Below the pieces are notes generated by a model. It was not told the DNA's origin, searched no databases, and saw only the letters and a list, made by a program, of their open reading frames with translations. The position numbers and the translations under genes are program-made. From the NCBI GenBank assembly GCA_963706025.1, contig CAVPLM010000020.1, forward strand, positions 58,293-122,292: a stretch of DNA of 64,000 nt, in the 5' to 3' direction. Below, in pieces: positions 46,835 to 56,566 of this stretch (position 1 is its first letter; each line of letters opens with the position of its first letter). The DNA is from an uncultured Actinomycetes bacterium (GTDB lineage: Bacteria > Actinomycetota > Thermoleophilia > RBG-16-64-13).

Positions 46835-46871
46835 GGGGGCGGGGCGGGCGCTCCGCGCCCGCCCCGCCCCC
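46835..46871. terminator. bidirectional intrinsic terminator hairpin between convergent genes
   Basis: Perfect 17-bp GC stem GGGGGCGGGGCGGGCGC-tcc-GCGCCCGCCCCGCCCCC, 25 nt after the reframed sensor stop and 24 nt after the SBP stop. Confidence 0.7.
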
Positions 46872-46894
46872 CGAAGATCTTCCGCCAAACAAGC

Positions 46895-48356
46895 CTATGC
46901 TGGGAACGGTACCTCCACAGGCTCGGCCATCGTCGCGATATCCGGATCGGTCGCGTTGGCCACGATCATCAGGTCGTACTTGTACTTACCTGTGCCCTTC
47001 ACCCACTGCCCGCCGGTGATCGGCTTGCGGGAGAAGTTCCACCAGCCGGAATACGGCTCGGGGTTCTGGGTCCAGTTCACCGGGCCGCCGATGGTCATCA
47101 GATTGGTCCCCTTGGTGGCCTCGATGATGGCCAGTTTGTCGGTGGGGTTGGTGCACCGCTGCAGGATATCCGTCCACACCTCGAACTGCCCGAAGAAGCA
47201 CACCGGCTGCGTCCACTGCCGATTGTTGTCGGCCTCGAACTGGTCGGCGACCTGCTGGGCAGTCAGTCCCGTCACCTTGCTCGTGAACGGGAAGGTGGGA
47301 TGGAACCAGGTCTCGACCGTCTGGCCGGCACCCAGATCGCCCAGCGCTTCAACTCCGTCGGGGAACAGGAGGGCCTTGGGTTGGGTAGAGACCTTGGGCT
47401 TGAAGCCCTGCTGCACCGACTGCTTCCAGAAGTTGGAGAAAGTCGGGGGGCTGCACACGCCGCAGATGATCTCCACTCCCTCGTTCTTGAAGGTGGAGAT
47501 GATCGCCGAGAAGTCCTCCGTCTCCTCCTGGAAACGACCCGGATCCACGTACGTGTAGCCGTTCGCTTCAAAGGCCGGCGGGAGACCGGTCGCGAATGCT
47601 ATACCGTCCGCGTTGTTGGGGAACAGGCCCCCGACGATCTTGTTGTTGGGGACCTTCGCCCAGATGTCGAAGAAGTTGGCCGCCATGTCCTTGAAGATGA
47701 ACCAGGTGTGCCAACTCCATTTGAAGCCGCCCTCCGGCTGCCCGCCATTCCAGGCATCTCCCGGGCAGTCGTAGGTGACACAGGGACAGCCCAGAGCTTC
47801 GGCCGTGTCCCGCACCGGCACTACGTTGGCGGCACTGGCGCTGGCACCGATCAGATTGATGCCGGCATTGGTGATCAGGTCACCGGCCACCTGCGCGGCC
47901 CGGTTGGAGTCGGACTGCATGTCCTCCAGAAGGACGGTGATCTTGTGGAACTTGCCGTCACCCAAGACCATGCCGTCTTTCCAGATGTTCTTGTTGAACC
48001 AGTCGATCTGCCAAGAGCCGGCGGCCCCAAAGGCGGCCATGTTACCGGTCACTGGGGAGCACGTAGCCGCACTTGACCTCGTCGCCGGTTTCCGCACCGG
48101 CGGCCACCGTGGTCGTGGTCTCGGCCGCGGCCGTGGTGGTGGTCGCCCCGCCGGCGGTCGTCGTCGCGCCGGCGGTCGTGGTGGTCTCTTCTTCCCCGCC
48201 GCAGGCGGCGAGCAGGCCGCCGAGGCCCGCACCCATTCCTACGGCCGCGCCGGCTACCCCGGCGATCTTGAGGAACTCCCGACGGCTGACGGTCTTGCCG
48301 GTCAGCGCGGCGTCGCTTTCCTGCTGGGCAGGAGTGCGCGCGTCTCGATCTTCCAT
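46895..48356 (-). CDS. ABC transporter substrate-binding lipoprotein (LivJ/amide-type, type I periplasmic binding fold) with Tat signal (frameshift about 48053)
   Basis: AAGGAGGGG RBS. MEDRDARTP...SRREFLKIAGVAGAAVGMGAGLGGLLAACGG is a twin-arginine signal plus lipobox. A Thr/Ala-rich linker follows, then ...EVKCGYVLP. After an extra base the protein continues VTGNMAAFGAAGSWQIDWF... to the stop at 46895. Confidence 0.8.
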
Positions 48357-48553
48357 TGCCCCCTCCTTAAAGGAACTGAAAGCACAATCTAATCGCAGCA
48401 TACGCCCCTCGGCTGGAGCCACCAAATGGTCGATACCATCCTTGATCCCATCTATCGGAACTTGATTTCGTCTAGCGGACCACACCGGCCGTCTTTCTCG
48501 CGGTCGACATGGACGTGCGGCAGGGGTGCCAGGCGCCTCTCAGAACGTCAGGA

Positions 48554-48562
48554 TGTTAGAAT
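48554..48562 (+). promoter_or_regulatory. extended -10 promoter (TGtTAGAAT) for asd
   Basis: ggaTGTTAGAATctc lies 33 nt upstream of GTG 48595, which has an AAGGAGGAG RBS. Confidence 0.4.
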
Positions 48563-48594
48563 CTCCGCTCCGGACGTTGGGCCAAGGAGGAGTC

Positions 48595-49623
48595 GTGAGC
48601 AAGGAGTATCGGGTAGCGGTAGCAGGCGCCACGGGCGCCGTGGGGCGAGCCATGCGGAGCATCCTGGCGGAGCGTGGCTTCCCCGTCAAGGAACTGGTCG
48701 CTCTGGCCACCGAGAAATCGGCGGGCACATGTCTCGACTACTGCGGCGAGGAAGTGATCGTCCAGGAGTTGACCCCCGACAGCTTCAAGGGCGTCGACCT
48801 GGCCCTGTTCTCCGCCGGCGGCGGCACTTCGCTCAAGTACGCTCCCGTCGCCCGCGATGCCGGCTGCGTGGTGGTGGACAACTCCTCGGCCTGGCGTATG
48901 GATCCCGAGGTACCCCTGGTGGTCCCCGAGGTCAATCCCGACGACGTCGACTGGCACAAGGGCATCATCGCCAATCCCAACTGCTCCACCATCCAGATGG
49001 TGGTGGTGATGAAGCCCCTGCACGACGAAGCCACGATCACCCGGGTGGTGGTATCCACCTATCAGGCGGTGTCGGGCACCGGAGCCAAGGCCGTCAACGA
49101 ACTGGTGCATCAGACCGGGCAGATCCTGGCCGGCGAAGCCCCCGAGATCAACGTGTATCCCCACCAGATCGCCTTCAACTGCCTTCCCCAGATCGATGTC
49201 TTCCTTGGAGAGCGGCTCCACCAAGGAAGAGCAGAAGATGGTGGACGAGACCAAGAAGATCATGGGCGACCCCAGCATCGCGGTGACGGCCACCTGCGTG
49301 CGCGTCCCGGTGCAGAACGGCCACTCCGAGGCGGTCAACCTCAGTTCGCCCGGCCGCTGAGCGTGGAGAGGGCCCGCGAGCTGCTGGCCGCGGCCCCGGG
49401 CGTCCAGGTGATCGACGACCCGGAGAGCAAGGTCTACCCCATGCCCATCGTGGCCTCGGGGCAGGACGACACCTACGTGGGCCGCATCCGGCGCGACCCC
49501 ACCGTCGAGAACGGCCTCAACATGTGGGTGGTGGCCGACAACCTGCGCAAGGGGGCGGCGCTGAACGCGGTGCAGATCGCGGAGCTGCTGGTAGAGCGCG
49601 ACCTCGTCCGCGTGCCGCGCTAG
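48595..49623 (+). CDS. asd: aspartate-semialdehyde dehydrogenase (two compensating frameshifts, about 49206 and about 49343)
   Basis: VAVAGATGAVG NAD motif, catalytic Cys context IIANPNCSTIQ and C-terminal ...YVGRIRRDP...MWVVADNLRKGAALNAVQIAELL. The central 46 codons of the long ORF are nonsense. The +1 frame reads ...SGSTKEEQKMVDETKKIMGDPSIAVTATCVRVPVQNGHSEAVNL. Confidence 0.9.
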   Translation: MSKEYRVAVAGATGAVGRAMRSILAERGFPVKELVALATEKSAGTCLDYCGEEVIVQELTPDSFKGVDLALFSAGGGTSLKYAPVARDAGCVVVDNSSAWRMDPEVPLVVPEVNPDDVDWHKGIIANPNCSTIQMVVVMKPLHDEATITRVVVSTYQAVSGTGAKAVNELVHQTGQILAGEAPEINVYPHQIAFNCLPQIDVFLGERLHQGRAEDGGRDQEDHGRPQHRGDGHLRARPGAERPLRGGQPQFARPLSVERARELLAAAPGVQVIDDPESKVYPMPIVASGQDDTYVGRIRRDPTVENGLNMWVVADNLRKGAALNAVQIAELLVERDLVRVPR

Positions 49624-49669
49624 GATCGCGGCGGCACCTGCGCAGCGCGGCGCGTCCGGTCGGCCCCTG

Positions 49670-50540
49670 ATGGCAGGGAGATGGCGCTGGAAGAGATGGT
49701 GGGTCCTTGCGATCGCCGTCGTCGTGGTGGTGGGCTCGGTGCTCGGCTACGGTCTTGCCGATTCGCGCCGCATCGTGGTCAAGACCTACACGGTCGCCAG
49801 CCCCGACCTGCCGGCGGAGTTCGACGGGACCCGCATCGTCCTGCTCACCGACATCCACCGCACCTGGTTCTTCTCGCAGGACCGGGTGCGCTCGCTTGGT
49901 GGAACGAGTGAACGCGCTCGAGCCCGATCTGGTCTTGCTGGGCGGCGATTACGTCTACGCGGAAACGGACTATGCGGCTTCCTGCTTCGCCGAGCTTGCC
50001 CGCCTGGAGGCGCCCCTCGGCCGCTATCGCAGTGCTGGGCAATCACGACTACGGCGAGCACGACAACGAGGGGCGAGGACCCGACGCCCGACCATCGAGG
50101 CCATCCGTGACGCGAGCATCACGCTCCTCGATAACCAGGCGGTATGGATCGAGAAAGCGGGCGCCCGGATACGGCTGGGCGGAGTGAGCGACTACCAGAT
50201 GGGACGTCCCCGACTCGGTCCGACCCTGGAGGGAACCGGCGCGGACGACTTCGTCCTCCTGCTCTCCCACAACCCGGACTTCGCGGAGGAGTTGCCTCCG
50301 GGGGCCGTCGACCTGATGCTATCGGGCCACACGCACGGCGGCCAGATCACCTTCTTCGGCCTGTGGGCGCCGTACTTGCCCTCGGATTACGGACAGAAAT
50401 ACCGCACCGGTCTGGTGGTGACCGAGAGCACGACGGTGATCGTGTCCAACGGCATAGGGACCATCTTTCCGCCCATCCGCTTCTTCGCCCCGCCCCAGAT
50501 AGTGGAGATCACCCTTGAGAGTGGACCGCCCGCTGACTAG
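49670..50540 (+). CDS. membrane-anchored calcineurin-like metallophosphoesterase (YkuE/YaeI-like), three frameshifts
   Basis: The N-terminal TM helix, LLTDIH, LLGGDYV, AVLGNHDY and LSGHTHGGQ are spread over three frames, with switches at about 49898, 50028 and 50085. Confidence 0.8.
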
Positions 50541-50746
50541 CCGTCGGTCGACGAACCGGCGCTCCGTCGGGTCCGCAACCTCGGCGCGCAGATTCGCACG
50601 CCCACCTCCGACTTTGGTCGCATGGCCTACTTGAACGATCGCGGTTACGCTCTCTCCGCCCCCAGACGATCAGGCCGGCCCGGCATACCCGGCGGAGGCT
50701 GGGAGCAGACAGGTGGCCGGCGAACGACCGAAAGCAGGCTGAGCGG

Positions 50747-53032
50747 TTGGGCGGGATCTTCTCCAGACAGGCTCGAATGAGACCGGAGTTGTTCGACCTC
50801 CTCTCTCCCGACCGGTTTCCCCAGGTCGAAGCCCAGACGGTCCTGCCCGGGCGTCCAGGGAAGCCGGCGCCGCTGCCGGCCGGGCTCCACCTCCAACTTG
50901 CCGACGCTCTGGCGGCTCAGGGCATCACCCGGCTGTGGACCCACCAGGCCGAATGCTGGGACGCCTCTCAGCAGGGCCAGCACTTCATGGTCACCACCGG
51001 GACCGCCTCGGGCAAGAGCCTGTGCTTCAACCTGCCCGTGCTCGACGGCCTGCTGCGGAGCCACAGCGCCCGGGCGATCTATCTCTATCCCACCAAGGCC
51101 CTGGCCCAGGACCAGCTGCGCCGCATCCGTCTGCTGGCCGGCAAGCAGGTCGAAGTGGCCACCTACGACGGCGACACTCCCACCGCCGCCCGCTACGCGG
51201 CCCGGCAGAAGGCCCGCGTGCTCCTCACCAACCCCGACATGATCCACCTCAGCCTGCTTCCCCGGCACGAACGCTGGGACGATTTCCTCTTCAACCTCAG
51301 GTACGTGGTCATCGACGAGGCCCACACCTATCGCGGGGTGTTCGGCAGCAACGTGGCCAACGTGCTCCGCCGGCTGAGAAGGGTGGCGTCCTTCTACGGG
51401 GCCGAACCGCAGTTCATCCTGGCCTCGGCCACCATCCGGAACGCCCGCGAGCACGCCGAGCACCTCACCGGTCTGGAAGTGGCGCACATCAGTGGCGACG
51501 GTGCGCCCCTCGGGCCCCGCAAGATAGTCTTCTGGGAGCCGCCTTTGGTGCAGGAAGACCTGAATCTCCGGCGCAGCTCCAACAGCGAGGCGGCCGAGCT
51601 TCTGAGCGAGCTCATCCGCAGCGGGGTGCGCTCCATCTGCTTCACCAAGTCCCGCCGTAACGCCGAGCTCATCTACCAGCAGACGGTCGACCGTCTCAAG
51701 GAGAGCGACCCCGGCCTGGCCGACCGCCTCTCTCCCTATCGTGCCGGCTACACGCCCGAGCAGCGGCGCAGTATCGAGACCATGCTGTTCGGCGGCCAAC
51801 TCCTGGCCGTGGTCAGCACCAGCGCTCTCGAGCTGGGCATCGACATCGGGGCTCTCGACGCCGCCATCACCGTGGGCTATCCCGGGCACCATGGCCAGTC
51901 TCTGGCAGCAGTGGGGCCGGGCCGGCAGGGGCAAGGGCGAGAGCCTGGGGATCTTCGTCGCCGGCAACGACGCGTTGGAGCAGTTCTTCGTCAAGCATCC
52001 CGACGAGCTTCTGGGGCGCGAGGTGGAGGCGGCGACCATCGACTTCGCCAACCCCTTCATCCACACGCCGCCATCTGGCCGCGGCCGCGTACGAAGGCCC
52101 GCTGATGACCGACGATCAGCAGTTCTTCGGCCCGGGGCTCACGGAGGGCATGGAGCGGGCGGTGGCCGAAGGTCTGCTCAGGCACAGGAACGGCGCCTGG
52201 TTCTTCTGCGATTCGGGTTTCCCGGCGGCCAAGATCGGCCTGCGGTCCACCACCGGCGAGCAGTACACCATCGTGGAAGAAGAGACCGGTGACATCGTCG
52301 GCACCGAGGGAGCGGAGACGGCCTTCTCGGCCCTGCACCCCGGAGCGGTGTACCTGCACATGGGCGACAACTACCTCGTCACCGAGCTCGACATCGATAA
52401 GCACATCGCCCTGGTGCGTCCATTCTGGGATACCTACCACACGTTGCCCCGACGAGAGACCGACACCCGCATCTTGAGCGAGAGCCTGCGGATAGCGCAC
52501 GGCCCCCTCTCCTTGCACCTGGGAGAGATAATCGTCACGAGCAGGGTGATCGCCTTTCAGAAGAAGCGTCTGGGCAGCGACGAGGTCCTGGGTACCGAAG
52601 AGCTCGACCTGCCCGCTCAGGAGTTCGTCACCGAGGCCATGTGGTTCACCATCCCGGCCGAGTTGCTGTCCGCGGAGAGCGACCTCCTGCGCCTTCCCGG
52701 CGCCATCCACGCCGTCGAGCATGCCCTCATCGCCCTCCTGCCCGCTCTTCGCCATGTGCGACCGCTGGGATATCGGCGGGCTGTCCACGCCGGTGCACAG
52801 TCAGACGGAGCAGCCCACCATCTTCATCTACGACGGCCATGCGGGCGGGGTGGGCATATCCCGGCAGGGCTTCGAGCGTTTCCCAGAGTGGGTGCAAGAC
52901 TCCTGGAAGTTGGTGCGTGATTGTCCGTGCGAGAGCGGCTGCCCATCGTGCATCCAGTCGCCCAAGTGCGGCAACTGGAACGAGCCGCTGGACAAGGAGC
53001 TCGCGCTGCGGCTGCTGAAAGCGATGCTCTGA
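50747..53032 (+). CDS. MrfA/YprA-like DEAD/DEAH-box helicase with C-terminal DUF1998 zinc module, three frameshifts
   Basis: Motif I TGTASGKS, motif II VVIDEAHTYRG, ...LASATI..., ...STSALELGIDIG.... The protein then continues in other frames (...GYPGTMASLWQQWGRAGRG..., ...HLAAAAYEGPL...). The DUF1998 end is ...IFIYDGHAGGVG...CPCESGCPSCIQSPKCGNWNEPLDK. Switches lie at about 51886, 52065 and 52744. The likely start is ATG 50777. Confidence 0.85.
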
Positions 53033-53074
53033 GGCGCCGCCTGAGGTGCTCTGAGGCGGTGCTATCCTAACGGT

Positions 53075-53668
53075 ATGAAGCCAAACTACATCTCGGTCAT
53101 CGGCGGGGGACGCTGCGGACCGGAAGAGTATGCGCTGGCTGAAGAGGTAGGCCGACTGGTCGCCCGAGAGGGTGCGACGCTGGTGTGCGGCGGTCTGGCC
53201 GGGATCATGGAGGCCGCGGCTCGGGGAGCGAAAGAAGCCGGCGGCGCCACCATCGGCATCCTTCCCGGGCACGACCGCGCATCCGCCAATCCCTATCTCG
53301 ACCACTCACTTACCACAGGCCTGGGACACGCGCGCAATCTGATCGTGGTCAGCTCCGGCGATGCCGTGATCGCTATCGGGGGAGGCTACGGGACCCTGTC
53401 TGAGATCGGACTGGCAGCCAAGATCGGGCGACCCGTGGTGATCCTCGGCGGCTGGCGGCTCCAGAACGACGAGTGGAGCGACGGGATCTGGTATGCCACC
53501 TCGGCCCAGGAAGCCATGGCGCTGGTCCACCGGGCGCTGGCCCCGGCGCGCGGGGCGCCGGCCGGCAAGGGGCCGGGGCGCGGATCTCCGACCGGCCGAG
53601 AGCCGGAGCATGGCCCCTCGATCGACCAGCGCCGGCGGCGTGATCCCGCGACCACATCCGCCTTATGA
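53075..53668 (+). CDS. TIGR00725-family / SLOG (LOG-like, Rossmann) protein
   Basis: ...ISVIGGGRCGPEEYALAEEVGRLVAREGATLVCGGLAGIMEAAARGA...IGILPG...GGGYGTLSEI... matches my memory of the TIGR00725/LOG-like fold. The 50-aa Arg/Pro/Gly-rich tail is of doubtful coding quality. Confidence 0.7.
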   Translation: MKPNYISVIGGGRCGPEEYALAEEVGRLVAREGATLVCGGLAGIMEAAARGAKEAGGATIGILPGHDRASANPYLDHSLTTGLGHARNLIVVSSGDAVIAIGGGYGTLSEIGLAAKIGRPVVILGGWRLQNDEWSDGIWYATSAQEAMALVHRALAPARGAPAGKGPGRGSPTGREPEHGPSIDQRRRRDPATTSAL

Positions 53669-54769
53669 ACCGGCCACCCGACCGCGACCAGGAGACCCGG
53701 GAACTCATCCACCGTTTCGAGGCGGCGCGGGCGCGCAGGAGAAGGCTGCGCCTGTTTCTGGCCGGCCTGGGCACAGCCGTGGTGCTGAGCGCGTTGGTAG
53801 TGGGCGTCGTGTGGGCTGTGGGCAGCCTGCAGGGTGAGAGCTCCGATGGCGTCGTCGTCGACTCCTCGACCGCCTCCGCCGGCGGCCCTTCCCCGACCGA
53901 CACTTCCGGCGGTAGCGGTGGAGCCACGACGAGCGGCGGGGTCTCGACCACCGGGGCTTCGACCACCGCAGGCCCAACGACCACCCCAGGGGAGACCACC
54001 TCCTCGCCAACGACCACCACCACCGCACGCGCGACCACGCACCACCGCACGCACGACCAGCACGGCCCGTTCGACCACCACGGTGAAGGCCACAACTACC
54101 ACGTCGACCTCCCCACCCGCGTCGGCCGCGGGGAGCGCCAAGAAGGTCGTGGTGATCGACCCGGGTCACCAGGCCAAGGGCGATTCGGGCCTCGAGCCTG
54201 TCGGCCCCGGGTCCAGCGAGAAGAAGGCCAAGGTCAGCAGCGGCACGGCCGGGGTGGTCACGGGCATTCCCGAGAGCGAACTGGTCCTGGCGGTCGGGCT
54301 CAAGCTGCGCGATGCGCTGAAGGCCGCCGGCATCAAGGTCGTCATGACCCGCACCACTCAGGATGTCCGCATCTCGAACATCGAGCGGGCGCAGATCGCC
54401 AACGAGGCCGGAGCCGATCTGTTCGTCCGCGTACACGCCGATGGTTCCGACAACTCCTCCGTCCACGGTATCCACGTGCTCTATCCGGCCTCCATCGAAG
54501 GCTGGACGGACGATATCGCCGCCGCGTCCAAGAAGGCGGCGCAGCTGGCCCAACGAGAGCTCATCGCCGCCACGGGCGCCAAGGACCGGGGCATCGATGC
54601 CCGCAGCGACATGACCGGCTTCAACTGGTCGGACGTGCCGGCGATCATTCCCGAGATCGGCTTCATGACGAACGCCGCCGAGGACAAGCTGCTGGCTACC
54701 GCCGCGTATCAGGACAAGATCGTCAAAGGGCTCGCCCGGGCGATCCTGAGCTACTTGGGAGTAAGCTAG
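53665..54769 (+). CDS. N-acetylmuramoyl-L-alanine amidase (Amidase_3), membrane-anchored (frameshift about 54035)
   Basis: Frame A holds a cytoplasmic tail, a TM helix (LFLAGLGTAVVLSALVVGVVWAV) and a Ser/Thr/Gly linker. Frame B holds ...KKVVVIDPGHQ..., ...LFVRVHADG... and ...EIGFMTN..., the Zn ligands of Amidase_3. ATGA overlap with the upstream gene. Confidence 0.8.
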
Positions 54770-54775
54770 ACTGTG

Positions 54776-54921
54776 AGCGCGCCGGAGCAAGCCGCAGCGC
54801 GCCGGAGCAAGCCGGGCCGCCGAGCGCGCCGGAGCGCGCCGGGGCGAGCCGGCAGCCGCGCGCGGCCCTAGCGCGCGCAGCGCGCCTGGCCTGCGGCCGC
54901 GCGGTCTTCGTCCGCGCGGCC
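54776..54921. repeat. GC-rich degenerate tandem repeats plus 10-bp-stem hairpin in the amidase-ugd intergenic region
   Basis: agcgcgccggagcaagccg occurs twice with period 20 (54776-54814), followed by partial copies (agcgcgccggagc, gcgccgg). The hairpin GGCCGCGCGG-tcttcgt-CCGCGCGGCC is at 54895-54921, 10 nt before the ugd RBS. Confidence 0.85.
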
Positions 54922-54944
54922 CACACAACAAGGAGGTCTGCTAC

Positions 54945-56243
54945 GTGAGCAGGTTGACGGTGGTCGGGGCGGGATACGTGGGGTTGGTGACGGCGGCCTG
55001 CATGGCGGAACTGGGCCACCACGTGGTCGCCATGGACGTCGACGCCGACAAGATCCGCCTGCTCCAGCAAGGCGGCGTCCCCATCTACGAGCCGGGCCTG
55101 GCGGAGCTGATGGCCTCCAACCGCGAGCGCATAGAGTTCACTGCCGATCCCGCCTATGCCTACAAGGCGAGCGAGTTCATCTTCATCTGCGTGGATACTC
55201 CCCCCACCTATTCGGGCGACGCCGATCTATCCCGCATCTGGCAGGCCGTCGACAATCTCCCGCCCGACGAAGGCGAGCACGTCCTCGTCACCAAGTCGAC
55301 CGTCCCCGTGGGGACCGGGGCGCTGGTCCAGGCCGAGCTGGCCCAGCGCGGCTACCGTCACATCGGCTATGCCTCCAACCCCGAGTTCCTCCGCGAGGGC
55401 ACGGCCATAGCGGACTTCATGCAGGCCGACCGGATAGTCGTGGGTGCAGACGACCCCGGTGTCGCGGAGCGGGTGGCGCGCCTGTACCAAGGGATAGACT
55501 GCCCCGTGCTCGCTACCGACGTGGCTTCTGCCGAGATGATCAAGTACGCGTCCAACGCTTTCCTCGCCACCAAGATCAGCTTCATCAACGAGATCGCCAA
55601 CGTCTGCGAGGCCACCGGCGCCGACGTGACCGTCGTCGCCCAGGGCATGGGCATGGACCATCGCATCGGACCGCACTTCCTGCAGGCCGGCATCGGCTAC
55701 GGAGGCAGTTGCTTCCCCAAGGACGTGTCCGCGCTCAAGCAGATCGCGGGCAACTCCGGCTACCATTTCCAGCTGCTGAACGCGGTGATCGAGGTCAACG
55801 AGCTCCAGAAACGCCGCGTGATCGGCAAGCTCAAGCGCTACCTGGGTGACGAATTGCGGGGGAAGCGCATCGCCCTGCTCGGCCTCGCCTTCAAGCCCAA
55901 CACCGATGACATCCGCCAGGCTTCCTCGATCGTCCTGGCCGGACGGCTCCTCGCCGAGGGCGCTCGGGTGGTCGGGTACGATCCGGTCGCCGAGGAGAAC
56001 ATGCGCGCCCTGCTTCCCACCATGATCTACGCCGACTCTCCCCTGGCAGCCCTGGAGGATGCCGACGCCTGCGTCCTGGTGACGGAATGGGACGAGTTCC
56101 TCGGCCTGGACTGGACGCTGGCCAAAGGCGCCATGGCCCGCCCGATCGTCATCGACGGACGCAACGCCCTGGACGGCGCAGCACTGACAGGCCTGGGATT
56201 CACCTACGAGGGTGTGGGAACAAGGACGAGATCCCACCTGTGA
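54945..56243 (+). CDS. ugd: UDP-glucose 6-dehydrogenase
   Basis: AAGGAGG RBS and GTG start. N-terminal VVGAGYVGLVTAACMAELGH, catalytic Cys context GIGYGGSCFPKD and a C-terminal UDP-binding domain. Confidence 0.92.
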   Translation: MSRLTVVGAGYVGLVTAACMAELGHHVVAMDVDADKIRLLQQGGVPIYEPGLAELMASNRERIEFTADPAYAYKASEFIFICVDTPPTYSGDADLSRIWQAVDNLPPDEGEHVLVTKSTVPVGTGALVQAELAQRGYRHIGYASNPEFLREGTAIADFMQADRIVVGADDPGVAERVARLYQGIDCPVLATDVASAEMIKYASNAFLATKISFINEIANVCEATGADVTVVAQGMGMDHRIGPHFLQAGIGYGGSCFPKDVSALKQIAGNSGYHFQLLNAVIEVNELQKRRVIGKLKRYLGDELRGKRIALLGLAFKPNTDDIRQASSIVLAGRLLAEGARVVGYDPVAEENMRALLPTMIYADSPLAALEDADACVLVTEWDEFLGLDWTLAKGAMARPIVIDGRNALDGAALTGLGFTYEGVGTRTRSHL

Positions 56244-56258
56244 CGAGATCCCACCTGT
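56225..56258. repeat. perfect 2 x 17-bp tandem duplication spanning the ugd stop codon
   Basis: gacgagatcccacctgt occurs twice. The TGA stop is formed at the junction of the two copies. A single copy followed by 'ag' would give the same C-terminus ending in TAG. Confidence 0.97.
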
Positions 56259-56566
56259 AGGCTCACACCAGCTCTCCGACATCCGTCGGGGGCCCGGGTT
56301 CCTCCAGGCTACATCGAGCCATATTTGCGAGCCACACGACGCTCCCTCGCGGGTTTTCGTCTCTCCGATGGTCCATCTCATCTTTACGATTCTTGAATCG
56401 TTTCTCCCCCCACTACTAACGAGTTCCATAATCCATTCGATACATCTGCCCTGCAATCACTGCTCCGGTGTGGTTTCAATGACACGAACACGGCGGACTA
56501 TAAGTAGTTTACTAATCAACAATCTCGTGGTATTGTCATTTATACATCGTCTGTATATGTGAGAAA

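Noticed and set aside
56225-56258. The 17-bp direct repeat as a target-site duplication of a resident mobile element
   Set aside because: The two copies are directly adjacent with nothing between them, and no transposase or inverted repeats lie nearby. At most it is a slippage event or excision footprint, and it is discussed in the findings as such.
56212-56562. 116-aa ORF in the AT-rich spacer after ugd
   Set aside because: No GC3 bias, an odd composition (Ser/Leu/Ile/His-rich) and overlap with the ugd 3' end. The region reads better as a terminator/promoter spacer.
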